The notes under the pieces are model-generated. The model was given only the letters and a program-made list of their open reading frames with translations. It made no database searches and was not told the DNA's origin. A program made the position numbers and the translations under genes. From an uncultured bacterium (GTDB lineage: Bacteria > Verrucomicrobiota > Verrucomicrobiia > Limisphaerales > UBA8199), in the NCBI GenBank assembly GCA_963749495.1, contig CAVVMW010000006.1, positions 512,001-576,000 on the forward strand: a DNA stretch of 64,000 nt, written 5' to 3'. Shown piece by piece: positions 48,210 to 60,531 of this stretch; position 1 is the first letter of the stretch; every line of letters begins with the position of its first letter.

Positions 48210-50396
48210 TCAAGTCCCGGCCGCCTGACGGGCCTTGATCGCGGCCCGGGCCAGGCGGAGCCGCGCGTAATCGTAGCGGCCACCCAAGGCGTCGAAGACC
48301 GCCGAGAGGCTGCCCAAGCCCAGCTTCTGGAAGGCGGCGGCCACTTCGCGTTTTTGCTCGGGCGTGAAGAAGGGGGTCAGGTCGAGTGATTCACCGGCCT
48401 CGATGGCCTCGGCAAGATGGCCGGAGATCGTGCCCGGGGTGAGCGCGCGCCGGCCGGCGATCTCGTCGAGGGACAGGCCGGCGCGGTAGAGGCGGAGGGT
48501 CTCGCGCGCCGTGGCGCCCAGGTCCGCCCGGCCCGGGAGCGGCGCGCCGGGGGCGAAGGAATCCTCGGCGAAGATCTGGCGTGGATTGGTCTCCAGGTGC
48601 GCGGCGACCTCCGCGAGGAACACCGCGCCGAATTCCTGGAGCTTCTTCTCGCCAACGCCGCTGATGCGCGCAAATTCCCGCTCGTCGGCCGGGTAATCGT
48701 GGGCCATCTGCCGGAGCGAGACGTCGGAAAAGACAATGTAAGGGGGCACGCCGCGCTCGTCGGCCAATCGCTTGCGAAGCAGGCGCAGGCGGTCGAACAG
48801 GGCCTCGTCGCAGGCTATGGCGCCGGTGCGGCGGGCCTCCGGCGCCGGGGCGCTGACCGGTTTGGTCAAGGTGATGGGACGGCGTTGTCTGAGGGCGGCC
48901 AGGCCCTCGGGCGTCAGGTCCAACACGCTGAACTTCTCCGAGGTCTGGCCCAGGTAGCCCAGGCGGATCAACTCCCGCCCGATGGCACCCCACTGGGCGC
49001 GGTTGTGCTCGGCGCCGATGCCGTAAGTGGAGAGGTGGTTGTGGCCCCAGCGCCGGACCTTCTCGGTGTCGGCGCCCGTGAGGACCTCGATGATATGGTT
49101 GAGGCCCACGCCGAAGCGGGTCTTTTCGCGGACGCGATAGACGCACGAGAGGAATTTCTGGGCGGCGATGGTGCCGTCGAAGGTCTGGCGCGGGGAGAGG
49201 CAGTTGTCGCAGCCGGCGCAATTGTCTTGGGCGAAGGTCTCGCCGAAATAGGCGAGCAACTCGCTGCGGCGGCAGCCGGAGCACTCGGCGTAACGGACCA
49301 TCTGCTGCAATTGGGCGCGGGCGATCTGCTGCTCCCTCGGATCGGGTTTCTCCTCGATGAAGGCGCGCTGCTTGACGACGTTGCCCGGGCTGAAGAGCAG
49401 CACGCAATCGCCGGGCAGGCCGTCGCGCCCGGCGCGCCCGGTCTCCTGGTAGTAGCCTTCGATGTTCTTGGGCAGGTCGTAATGCAGGACGAAACGGACG
49501 TTGGGTTTGTTGATGCCCATGCCGAAGGCGATGGTGGCGCAGATGACGCGGACCTCGTCGCGCAGGAAGAGATCCTGGTGCTCGGTGCGTTCGGACGCCG
49601 TCAGGCCGGCATGGTAGGGCCTGGCCTTGACACCGTCTTCGTTGAGGCGCTGGGCCAGGCTCTCGGTGGTCTTGCGCGCCTGGCAATAGACGATGCCGCT
49701 GTCCTTGGGCCGGGCGGTGACGAAATCCAGGACCTGCCGGTAAGGCCCGTGCTTGGCGAAGACGCGGTAGGTCAGGTTTGGCCGGTTGAAGCTGGCGATG
49801 TAGCAGCCGGGTTGGCGCAGCTTGAGCAGGGTGACGATGTCCTGGCGCACCCGCTCGGTCGCGGTGGCGGTCAACGCCATCATCGGCACCGAGGGAAAGA
49901 GCGGGCGCAACTCGGCCAACTGGCGGTATTCGGGGCGGAAATCATGGCCCCACTCGCTGATGCAGTGCGCCTCGTCGATGGCCAGCAGGCCCACCCTCCA
50001 CCGCTGCAGGTCCGAGAGAAAACCCGGGAGCATGAGCCGTTCCGGGGCGGCGTAGAGCAGCCGAAACCGCCCGTTGTGCAAGCCCCGCAGCCGCTCCCGC
50101 GATTCCCCGGCCCCCAGCGACGAATTCAGGAAGGTCGCCGGCACCCCGCCCGCCTGGAGGCTGTCCACCTGGTCCTTCATGAGCGCAATCAGCGGCGACA
50201 CCACCGCCGTCAGACCCTCCCGGGCCATGGCCGGCAATTGGAAGCAGAGCGACTTGCCGCCGCCCGTCGGCAGCAACGCAAAGACGTCTTTGCCCGCCAG
50301 CGCATCGCGGATGATCTGCTCCTGGAACGGCCGAAAGGAGGTAAAGCCGAAGTACTGCTTCAGCAGCGGGAGCAACTCTGGAACCGTGTCTTGCAT
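48210..50396 (-). CDS. recQ: ATP-dependent DNA helicase RecQ
   Basis: PTGGGKSLCFQLP, DEAHCISEWGHDFRP, QETGRAGRDG, zinc/RQC, HRDC and C-terminal HTH; start ATG 50396. Confidence 0.97.
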   Translation of the reverse strand: MQDTVPELLPLLKQYFGFTSFRPFQEQIIRDALAGKDVFALLPTGGGKSLCFQLPAMAREGLTAVVSPLIALMKDQVDSLQAGGVPATFLNSSLGAGESRERLRGLHNGRFRLLYAAPERLMLPGFLSDLQRWRVGLLAIDEAHCISEWGHDFRPEYRQLAELRPLFPSVPMMALTATATERVRQDIVTLLKLRQPGCYIASFNRPNLTYRVFAKHGPYRQVLDFVTARPKDSGIVYCQARKTTESLAQRLNEDGVKARPYHAGLTASERTEHQDLFLRDEVRVICATIAFGMGINKPNVRFVLHYDLPKNIEGYYQETGRAGRDGLPGDCVLLFSPGNVVKQRAFIEEKPDPREQQIARAQLQQMVRYAECSGCRRSELLAYFGETFAQDNCAGCDNCLSPRQTFDGTIAAQKFLSCVYRVREKTRFGVGLNHIIEVLTGADTEKVRRWGHNHLSTYGIGAEHNRAQWGAIGRELIRLGYLGQTSEKFSVLDLTPEGLAALRQRRPITLTKPVSAPAPEARRTGAIACDEALFDRLRLLRKRLADERGVPPYIVFSDVSLRQMAHDYPADEREFARISGVGEKKLQEFGAVFLAEVAAHLETNPRQIFAEDSFAPGAPLPGRADLGATARETLRLYRAGLSLDEIAGRRALTPGTISGHLAEAIEAGESLDLTPFFTPEQKREVAAAFQKLGLGSLSAVFDALGGRYDYARLRLARAAIKARQAAGT

Positions 50397-50660
50397 CCCG
50401 GGGACTCTACACGGACTTTCAATCAAATTGAAGCTGCCTTCAGGCGGCAGCGAAGAATTCTGTCCTGTGCCCGGTCGCAGTGCAAAATCGGAAAAAGCCT
50501 TGTCAAGCATCGGCTGTGGGCTAGAATGGTCCTGTTCGCTGTGACCGCGGTTGTGGCAGGCGCAGCTTTTTCGGAGGGCGGGCAGGATTGAAACCGGCGC
50601 GAAGAAGCAGGTGTGCTGTTTTGGCTCTCGGGCTGCCGGCGAACCCGATGCTGATACCAA

Positions 50661-53600
50661 ATGCAACTTCACTCAGTAACCATGGACAGGATGAATTCCA
50701 GTGTGTCGCAGTCAGGCCTTGAGCGCGGGCGCAGTGTTGAGTTTTGGGAGCAGCCGCAGGCTGGCTCTCGCGTGCCGGGCGCGGCAGGCGCGGGGCGCTC
50801 TGCCCGGCAGCAAGGGGGGCGGGGCCGGCGCGGCCCTTGGGCTGGGGCGGCGGTGGCAGCGATGCTGGTTTGCGCCGCCGCCTTTGAACCGGTCCAGGCG
50901 CAAGTGCCGGGCACGGGGCCGTTCGGGGTTTACCGGGAGCTCTGGCCGGGGCTCGACCCGTCGCTGGGCGACACCTTGGATGCCCTGACCAACACGCTTT
51001 ACAACCCGAATTGGCCCGATAATCCAGACCCGAATTACACCCAGGTCTATACCAATTTCGAGGCGGGCGTAAACACGGGGATGTACTACTACGGCCAGCG
51101 GATGCGGGCCTTTGTGGTGCCGCCCCTGAGCGGGAGTTGCGTCTTCTGGATTGCGAGCGACGACACCTCGGAGCTGTTCTTGAGCAGTGACGAGACGCCG
51201 TCCAACAAGGCCCCCATCGCATGGGTCAACACGTGGACCAGTTCCCGGGAGTGGACCAAGGAGCCCAACCAACAGAGCGGGCCGCTCCCGCTGGAGGCCG
51301 GGCGCCGCTACTACATCGAGGCCATCATGCAGCAGGGCGGGGGCGGCGACAACCTGGCGGTGCGCTGGCGGTTGCCCGACGGCACGATCGAGGAGCCAAT
51401 CCCCGCCGTCGGCTCGACCGGCACGCGGTTGATTCCTTTCGACGGGGGGGACACACTGCCCTCCATTTACCAGCAAACGGCCAACCCGACGGTGGTCGAG
51501 GGGAACAACGCGCGCCTGTCTGTGCTCGCCATCAATCACGCGCCGGTCACCTACCGCTGGCTCCTGCAAGGGACCAACCTGCCGGGCGCCAGCGCCACCA
51601 AACCCTTTTACGCCCTCACCAATATCCCCATGTCCTACAACGGCCTGGCCTATTCCTGCGCCGTATCCAATGCGGCGGGCACAACGATCAGCGCGACGAT
51701 GGTGCTGACGGTGCTCCGGGACACGAACCCGCCGGCGGTGGTGCGGGTGGTCAATGTGGGCTCCACCAACGTCGTGGTGGTTTATTCCAAAGTGGTCGAG
51801 CAGGCCAGCGCCGTCAACCCGCTCGACTACACCTTCACCAACGGCTTGCGCGTGACCAGCGCCACACTGGGGGCGGACAACGTCACGGTGAGCCTCAAGA
51901 CCCCGCCGCTGGTCTATGGCAGCAACTATGTGCTGGTCATCAACAAGGTCCGCGACCGCGCCAGCCTGCCCAATACCATCGCCACCAACACCACCGTGAG
52001 CTTCGTGGCCTCGCCCTACACGCCGATGGACCTGGGCCGCGCCACGCTCCCCTCCACCGCCCTGCTGGTGGCCACCAATGCCCTGGATATCTCGGCCGGC
52101 GGCGGCAACCTGGGCGGCAGCGCCGACCAGTGCAACTTCAATTACCAGGTGCGCAGCGGCGACTTCGACATCGCCGTGCTCGTGGCGGGCCTGACCCTCG
52201 GACCCCTGGGCCAAGGCGGGCCTGATGGCGCGCGACACCCTGGACCCGAGCAGCCGGTTCGTGGCGGCGCTGACCACGCCGTCCATGGTCGGCTCGTTCT
52301 TCGAATGGCGCGACCCGGCGGGCAGCCTGGCCAGCGTGACGGGCAGTTTTCCGGGCAATTTCCCCAGCGCGTGGCTGCGCCTTAAACGCAACGGCAACAT
52401 CTTCACGGGCTTTGCCAGCTACGACGGCCAGACCTGGACGCAATTGGGCAGCGCGGCCATCGGCATGCCCAGCCAGATGTACTTCGGATTGGTCGTGAGC
52501 AGCCACAACACCGCCCAGTCTGCCCTGGCCCAGTTCCGCGACATGGCCACGGTCAGCAACGCGGTGGTGGCCGTCGTGCCCAACCCCCATGAGCCGTTGG
52601 GGCCGTGCAGCCGGAGGACTCCTTTGGTGATCTCCGAGATCATGTGCAAACCGGCGCCCCGCGCGGACCTCTACAACGTCGAGTACATCGAACTCTACAA
52701 CTCCAATCCCTGGTTCCAGGACATCAGCGGCTACCAGGTGCTCGGGGACAACATGAGCTACACCTTCCCGCCCAACACGAGCCTGGCGGGCGGGAGCTTC
52801 GTGGTCCTGGCCGCCTCGCCCGAGAGCATCCAGGCCGTCTATGGCATCACCAACGTGGCCGGGCCTTACCAGGGGAGCTTGAAGGCCGCGGGCACCCTCC
52901 AGTTGTTGGATGGGCAGGGAGCGGTGCTGCTGAGCATCCCCTATTCCAATCTGGCGCCCTGGCCCGTGGCCGCCGACGGCACCGGCCACTCGATCGTCCT
53001 GTCCAACCCGACCTACGGCGAAGCCGACCCGCGCGCCTGGGACATCAGCGACGTGGCCGGAGGCTCGCCCGGGCAGAATGAGGCCTTCCGCCCCTCTCCG
53101 TTGCGCGATGTTGTCATCAACGAACTGCTGGCCCACTCGGAAAACCCCGCCCTCCCCTGCTTCGTCGAACTCTACAACCACAGCAACCGGACCAACGACC
53201 TCTCCGGTTGCACCCTGACCGACGACCCGTCCGCCAACAAATTCGTGCTCCCCCAGGGCACCCTCATCCCGCCGCGCGGCTTCCTCTCTTTCGACCAATC
53301 CCAACTGGGCTTCACCCTCAACGGCGCCGGCGGCACCGTCTATCTGATCAAGCCCGACGGGACCCGCGTCCTGGATGCCGCCCAATTCGAGGGGCAGGCC
53401 GACGGCGTTTCCTTCGGGCGCTGGCCGGACGGGGCCAAGGACTTCTATCCGCTGGCGGGGCGGACGCCCGGGGCGCCCAACAGTGCGGTGCGCATCGCGG
53501 ACATCGTCATCAACGAGCTGATGTATTTCCCGCTCAGCAACAATGATGACGACCAATTCATCGAACTCTACAACAAGGGCACCAACACGGTGAGCCTGGC

Positions 53601-56600
53601 CAATTGGCGGTTCGTTGCCGGCGTGGGCTTCACCTTCCCGCCCTCGGCGGCGCTGGCGCCGGACGGCTACCTGGTCATTGCGCGCAACCTGACCAATCTG
53701 CTGGCCAAGTACGGGAACCTGACCACGGCCAACACGCTGGGCAACTTCACCGGCAAGCTCTCCCACCGCGGCGAGCGCGTCGCTCTGGCCATGCCCCAGC
53801 CCCTGACCGTCATGACCCCCCAGGGCGCGGTGACCAATACCATCTATGTGGTCCAGGACGAGGTGACCTACGCAGCGGGCGGCCGCTGGGGCGATTGGGC
53901 GCGCGGCGGGGGCAGCAGCCTCGAGTTGATCAATCCCAACTCCAACCATCGCCTGGCCTCGAATTGGGCCGACAGCGACAAGGCGGGCAAGTCCGCCTGG
54001 ACCAACCTCGAATACACCGGGGTATTGGACCTGGGCGCCAACTACAGCGGGGGCATCGACCACGTGCAGGTGGGCCTGCTGGACGTGGGGGAATGCCTGG
54101 TGGACAACATCGAGGTGCGGCCCGGCGGCACTACTGGGCCCAACATTGTGGCCAACAGCACCTTCGAGGCGGGCCTGGACGGGTGGACCGTGCAGGGCGA
54201 TCATTTGCGCTCGGGCCTGGAGAGCGCCGCCGGCCTGGGCGGTTACCAGAGTTCCCAGTCGCTGCACTTGCGCTCGAGCGACTCGGTGTGGACGCTGGCC
54301 GATTACGCCCAGGGCGACTTGACCTCGACCGCGCTTGCGCCCAATCAAAAGGCAACCTTGCGGCTCAAGGCCCGCTGGGTCCGGGGCTGGCCGGAGGTCC
54401 TGCTCCGGCTGCGGGGCAACTGGCTGGAGGTGACGGGCCGGATGCCGGTCCCGGCCAACCTGGGCACGCCGGGCATGCGCAACAGCCGCTACGTCACCAA
54501 TGCCGGGCCCGCTATTTATGACGTCAAACATGCCCCGGCCCTGCCCCAGGCCAACCAGCCTGTGGTGGTGACGGCGCGTTTCCACGATATGAGCGGGTTC
54601 ACGCCCACGCTCTTGTATCGCGTTGACGGTGTCACCAACCCGGCGCCCAGCTATCTCTCCGTGCCGATGGTGGATGACGGCACGGGCGGCGATGCCCTGG
54701 CGGGAGACGGGCTTTTCAGCGCCACCATTCCCGCGCAACCGGCCGGCACTGTCGTGGCCTTCCTGGTCCAATGCCGGGACGCGGCCGGCGCCGCCACGGT
54801 CTTCCCGGCCGATGCCAAGGACAACTCGGGCCTGCCGCGCGAGTGCGTGATTGGTTTTGGCGACCCGGTGCCCTCCGGCAGCTTCAGCCACCAGCACGTG
54901 TTCATCAGCACCAATTGGGCCGATCGGTGGGCCCAGTGGGGGGGCGTCTCCCATGAAATGTACGATTGCACCTGGGTCGATGGCGGGGGCCGCATCATCT
55001 ATAACCTCGCCGCCCGTTATGCGGGCAGCCCCTACCACCAATACCTCGACTCACCGGTCGAGACTGTCGGCGGCATGCACTGGTCCGCCCCGCGCGATCA
55101 GATGATCTACGGCGTTGCCTCGCTCAACAAACAGCACGTGCCGGGCAACAATGCCCTGGACGACGATACCCTCCAGCGCGAGCAAACCAGCTTCTGGATG
55201 GCGCAGCAGATCGGACTCATGGGAGAGAATCGGCGCTACTATGTCTATTATGTCAACGGCGTCCGCCACGGCCCCCTCATGGAGGATGCCCAGACGCCCG
55301 ACGCCGACGTGCTTTCGGAATACTTCCCCAACGATACCGGCGGGCTGCTCTACAAGAATCACGTCTGGTTCGAAGGCGACGTGTTGCTGCAGCCCTACGG
55401 CTACATGCCCTTCAACAACTTTTCCTGGTGTACGCTGGGGAGCTACACCACCCCCATCAACGGCCTGACCAACAAGTTCCAGTACAAGCTGGCCCGCTAC
55501 CGGTGGATGTGGTGGATCCGCCAATATCCCACCTCCGCCAACGACTTCGGCGCGGTGTTCGACCTGATCGACGCCGCCAATACGCCGACCGACAGCCCCG
55601 CCTATTATGACCGCATGGAGGCCCTGGTGGACACCGAGCAATGGCTGCGCTTGTCGGCCATCGAACATGCCACCGGCGATTGGGACTCCTTCTTCACCCA
55701 AAACCAGTGGAACATGTACAACTACAAGCCCACGCAGGGCAAATGGACCGCCATGAAGTGGGACTGGAACATCACGCTGGGCGGCGGCACCTCGACCTGG
55801 GGCCGGACGGCAGCGAACTCTTCGAGTACGGCTCCAGCGACCCTATCATGCGCCTCTTCCATGAGTACCCGCCCTACCAGCGGGCCTATCTGCGCGCGTT
55901 CCAGGACATCGCCAACCTGGCCATGAACAATGCCCGGGTGGACCCGCTGCTCGATGCGAAGTACGCCGCCTTCGTGGCCAACGGCTTGACCGCGACCAAC
56001 TTCAACGGCATGACCGTCGCGGACCCCAACTCCGCGCTCAAGGGCTGGATAGCGACCATGCACGATTCACTGCTCCAGGCCATCACGAACCATGGTGTGG
56101 CCAATGTGCCGTTTGCCGTGAACTCGGTGACGGTGAACAACAACCTGGCCACCCTCAGCGGCACGGCGCCCCTGGCGGTGAAAACAGTCTGGTTCAACGG
56201 AGTGGCCTATCCGCTGACCTGGCCGACGGTGACCAACTGGACGGCCACGGTGCCGCTCCAACCCGGCACCAACCTGTTGAACGTTGCGGGAGTGGACATC
56301 CATGGCCAGACGGTGGCCGGCGCGGCCGCCACGGTCTCAGCGGCCTTCGTCGGGGCCATGCCCTCGCCCAGCGGCCTGCTCGTCATCAATGAGGTCATGT
56401 GTAACCCGTCTGTGCCCAACGCCCAGTACGTCGAACTCTACAACCGCTCGCCCAACATCACCTTCGACTTGTCGGGCTGGCGGTTGGACGGCCTGGGCTA
56501 CACATTCCCCGGCGGCTCGACGCTCGGCCCGATCGGCTCCTGGTGCTGGCCGCCAACCGCGATGTCTTTGCAGCCGCCTACGGGGGCTCGAACCTGGTCT

Positions 56601-58761
56601 TTGACACCTTCAGCGGGGCACTCCCCCCCGCCGGGCAACTGCTCTCGCTCATCCAGCCCGGCGCGGACCCGAGCAGCGACCTGGCGGTGGCCCAGGTGCG
56701 CTATGGCAGCGCGGCGCCCTGGCCCGGGTCGGGCGGCGCTTCCGGCTCGTCTCTGCAGTTGATCAACTCGCGCCAGGACAACTGGCGGGTGGGCAATTGG
56801 GCGTTTGTCCGGACCAACACCAGCGCGGCCCCGCGCTGGATCCAGGTTACCGCCACCCTGCCCGCCACCTCCTCCACCTTCCTCCTCTACCTCGGGTCGG
56901 CCGGCGATATCTATATCGATGACGTGCAGTTGGTCGATGCCAACGGCTTCAACCGGCTGGTGGACGGGGATTTCGAGTCCCCGCTGGCCGGGGCCTGGTC
57001 CATGAGCCCCAGTTCTCCCGCTCGCTCCTGAGCACAACGGTCAAATACTCGGGCAATTCGAGCCTGCACCTGGTGGCAACGGCTCCCGGCAACAGCACCG
57101 GCGCCGCCCTTTACCAGACCATCAATCCGCCCCTGACTCCCGGCCAATACTGCACCCTGAGTTTCTACTACCTCCAGACCACCAATGGCGGTCCCCTGGT
57201 GGCCACCCTGGCCTCCTCCGCCAACGCGGTGGTCGTCAATCCCACCCTGCCCCGGGGCAGCCTCGCGCAGGCCACACCGGACGCGTTCAACAGCGTGGCC
57301 GATACCTTGCCGGCCTTCCCCCCGCTCTGGCTCAACGAACTCCAGGCCGACAACCTCACCGGCATCACCACCGCCGCCGGCGCGCACGCGCCCTGGGTCG
57401 AACTTTACAACCCCAGCTCCAACGCCGTCTCTCTTGCCGGCCTTTGCCTGGCAAACACCTATTCAAACCTCACCCAGTGGGCATTCCCCGCCGGCTCAGT
57501 CATCAACCCCGGCCAATTCATGACTGTCTTTGCCGACGGTCAGACCGGCCTTTCCAGCCCCAACGAGTTGCACGCCAACTTCGTCCTCTCCAGCGGCAGC
57601 GGTGCCCTCGCCCTGAGCCGGCTCTACAATGGTTCGCCCCAAGTCCTGGATTATGTCAATTACACCAACATCGGCCCCGATCACTCCTACGGCTCCTGGC
57701 CTGACGGCCAGAGCTTCTTCCGCCAGGAATTCGGCCATGCCACGCCCGGGGCAACCAATGACGCTTATGGCTCCGCCCCGCTCTCGTTCGTCTCTTACTC
57801 TGCCCCGGGCTCGGTTTATGCCCAGGACTTCGATTCGCTGCCCAACCCGGGCCTGGGTTCCATCAACGCCAACAACCCGGTGACCATCAACGGCGTCGTT
57901 TATTCGCTGGCCAACCCGTTTGACTTCACCGCGCCCCCAATGGCCGCGGGCCAGAACGGCGGCCTGGGCCTGCCCGCCATGAGCGGCTGGTTTGGCTGGG
58001 GCGGCGCCAGCTCCCGGTTTGGGGCGTCACCCGGCGACCAAACCAGTGGCGGCCTTATCAGCTTTGGCGGGCTCAACAGCGCCAACCGCGCCTTGGGCCT
58101 GCTCGCCACCACCGCAACCGGCCCCACCGCCTTCGGCGTCCGTTTCATCAATGCCACGGCCCAGGTCCTGGACCACATCAACGTCCAGTTCACCGGCGAG
58201 GTCTGGCGCCAGTCCGATGAGCCCAAAACCCTGGCCTGTTACTATATGGTTGACCCCGCCGCCACGCTCTCTTTGCCGACCGATGCCACCGCCCTGCTCC
58301 CGGCCCTGGATGTGGCGTTTCCAGCAGGCCCGGCCTACGCCGGCGGCGTGCCTGTGGACGGGAGCCTGCCGCTCAACCAAACCAATCTGAGCGTGACCGG
58401 CCAGGCCATCGCCAATTGGCCGCCTGGCGCCGCCCTCTGGCTGGTCTGGGAGATGAGCGACCCGGCCGGAAAGGGGCAGGGCTTGGCTATCGACAACCTC
58501 GCCTTCTCAGCCAACTCTGCAGGCGCCGCCACCAACGCCGCGCCCAAGCTGGGCGGCCTCCGCCTCGGCGCCGGTTCGCTGAGCTTCTCCTGGCCCGGCG
58601 CGCAAGGCGCTGTCTATCGCGTGCAGTACAAAGACGCCCTGGATGCCCCCGAGTGGACCTCCCTTGCCCCGGACCTGACCGGCACCGGTGACCCGCTCTC
58701 CATCACCCTGCCTGTCACTGCCAACCCCCAGCGCTTCTACCGCGTCCTGCTGATGCCGTAG
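50661..58761 (+). CDS. Giant secreted multidomain protein (PA14, Ig-like, several lamin-tail domains, CBM-like, CotH kinase-like, C-terminal 'FYRV' domain); indels at ~52197, ~55803, ~56532, ~57011
   Basis: FWIASDD...LEAGRRYYIE (PA14); repeated V(I)NE(I/L)M...(Y/F)(I/V)ELYN (LTD); GDWDSF..WNMY..KWDWN (CotH-like); five consecutive ORFs join into one frame; exact start uncertain. Confidence 0.85.
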
Positions 58762-58770
58762 GGGGGGAGT

Positions 58771-58990
58771 CATCCCAGAGGGATGAGAGAAGGTAGCCGG
58801 GGGTCGAAGCGCAGCGAGACCCCCGGTCAAGCGGTGACGTGCGTTTGCATCCCGGAGGGATGCCAGAGGCTCACCCGCGCGGACGCTCCTTTCTGGCACC
58901 CCATCCGGGGTGCAGGGCCCTCGAACGCAGTCAACCGGGGGTCGCGGCGAGGCCGCGACCCCCGGCTACCTTCTGGCAACCCTCCGGGTT
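58771..58990. repeat. Nested cruciform REP/MITE-like element
   Basis: catcccagagggatg..agaaggtagccgggggtc..gacccccggt ... accgggggtc..gacccccggctaccttct..aaccctccgggtt. Confidence 0.85.
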
Positions 58991-59724
58991 GCGGAGCGCC
59001 ACCGAAGGTTGCTCCCGGGCGCATCGCATCAGTGCCACCATGCCACGAACGACCGGGCGCAACCCTGGCATGCCGGATCCATCCCGAAGAAGGTGTGAAA
59101 AAATGCCAAAACAAACAAAATCCCCGAAAACACCCCTCTGTTTTCCGGGGGATTTTGAAGATTTTTGCGGGCCTTGGCGTCAGAAATTGATTTTTCCAGA
59201 CCTCCCGAGGGATGGAAATCACTCAGCCCAGCAACGGTGTTGCGCGTAACGGGCTACGCTGGACCGCCGACCCAAGGCAAGCCCGAAACTGTCATTTTTC
59301 TAGGATGACCATTTCCCCGGTTTCCCTTTCCCCTGACCGGCTGCTTTTCCCACTTTCCCACGGTGTTCTCCTGGTGGGCCTCAACCAGCAGACCGGCGCC
59401 CATAGGCACCTGGAACCGAGAATGACGCTGCTCCGGGCAAACTGGCAGCAGCGGCGGGGCCTTAAATCGGCCTTAAATTGGGGTGAATGGCTGTTGACCG
59501 TTCCCCAAGTGGTCGAAGACACAATCACCGGCCAACGCGGACAAGCGCGATTAGCGGTTTTCATCAGAAAAATGACAAATGAACTTCGGCTGCGATTCTG
59601 CTTTACACAACATCTGAATTGGCTTAAGTCAATTATATGGCGATTGGAGAAAACGTAAGACACGGTCACCCACGGAGGCACTGGCCGCCAGCGACCTAAT
59701 GCCCGTGCGGGACTGATTCAGCAT

Positions 59725-59982
59725 ATGGACTTTGACATTAGCAAGATCTCCGAAGGCGTCTCTAAGATTAAGTTCCCTGGAGGGGTCGTCGGCAAGGTGT
59801 CAACGGTTCTCGTGGTGGTTTGCCTTACGGTAGGCGGTCTTGGGGCATTATCTAGGAACCAATGGGTCTTGGTTGGTGCGATCGCGGCGATCATAGGCAT
59901 TGCGTTTCCGGTGCTTTGGCGATTGATTACCTTCGCCAATAATAACCCCCAGGCTGCCATCTTAGGGCTTGTGCAAAAATAA
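59725..59982 (+). CDS. Small two-TM hypothetical protein (possibly truncated)
   Basis: 85 aa, two hydrophobic helices, AT-richer DNA. Confidence 0.55.
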   Translation: MDFDISKISEGVSKIKFPGGVVGKVSTVLVVVCLTVGGLGALSRNQWVLVGAIAAIIGIAFPVLWRLITFANNNPQAAILGLVQK

Positions 59983-60048
59983 AGGCCGAGATTGAGGCGC
60001 GATTCTAACATTTCGAAACTCCGATTGGCTTTAGACCCTGGTTCATAA

Positions 60049-60268
60049 GTAACCGGACGTGCCTTGCTCACTTGCTTCTCATCCCGGAGGGATGGCTGAG
60101 AATAGCCCAACGCTTCAGCGTTGGGTGGTGGGCCCGAGGCCGTCAAGTCCCGAAGGGACGGCTGAAATGTCGGGCCGTTCAGCCGTCCCTTCGGGACTGG
60201 ACCCTTTTGGGGCACGCCAACCCAATGCTAAAGCATTGGGCTATTCTCATGTGTCCCTCCGGGACAGC
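60049..60268. repeat. Nested cruciform REP/MITE-like element (same family as 38560)
   Basis: Same arm architecture; its left flank gtaaccggacgtgccttgctcact is shared with the truncated copy at 31982-32056. Confidence 0.9.
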
Positions 60269-60531
60269 GATCCATCGGGACGCTTTGGCTGTGTGCGCCG
60301 ACAGGGAAATCGGAATTAATTCTTGCAGGGACTCTTAGAGGGGGCTGAGTTTATTATGCATGAGCGAATTCAGACTCGGGATGAAATCAGCACCCCTTCT
60401 GCCCCAGCCCACCACCCTACCAGAGCTCGCCCCAAATCACCCACTTATCGAGGACGATAAAACGGTGCCGTTACCCGATCCCCTTCCGGACGCGGCAACG
60501 GAAGCGCCCAAGCCAGCGAAGCCACCGAGCA

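Noticed and set aside
14512..55041. Other very long antisense ORFs (14512..17217, 23922..26495, 32054..34519, 48417..50591, 52138..55041)
   Set aside because: Each lies opposite a well-supported gene; typical high-GC shadow frames.
59212..59658. 148-aa ORF
   Set aside because: Patchwork composition, no motif, no clear start signals.
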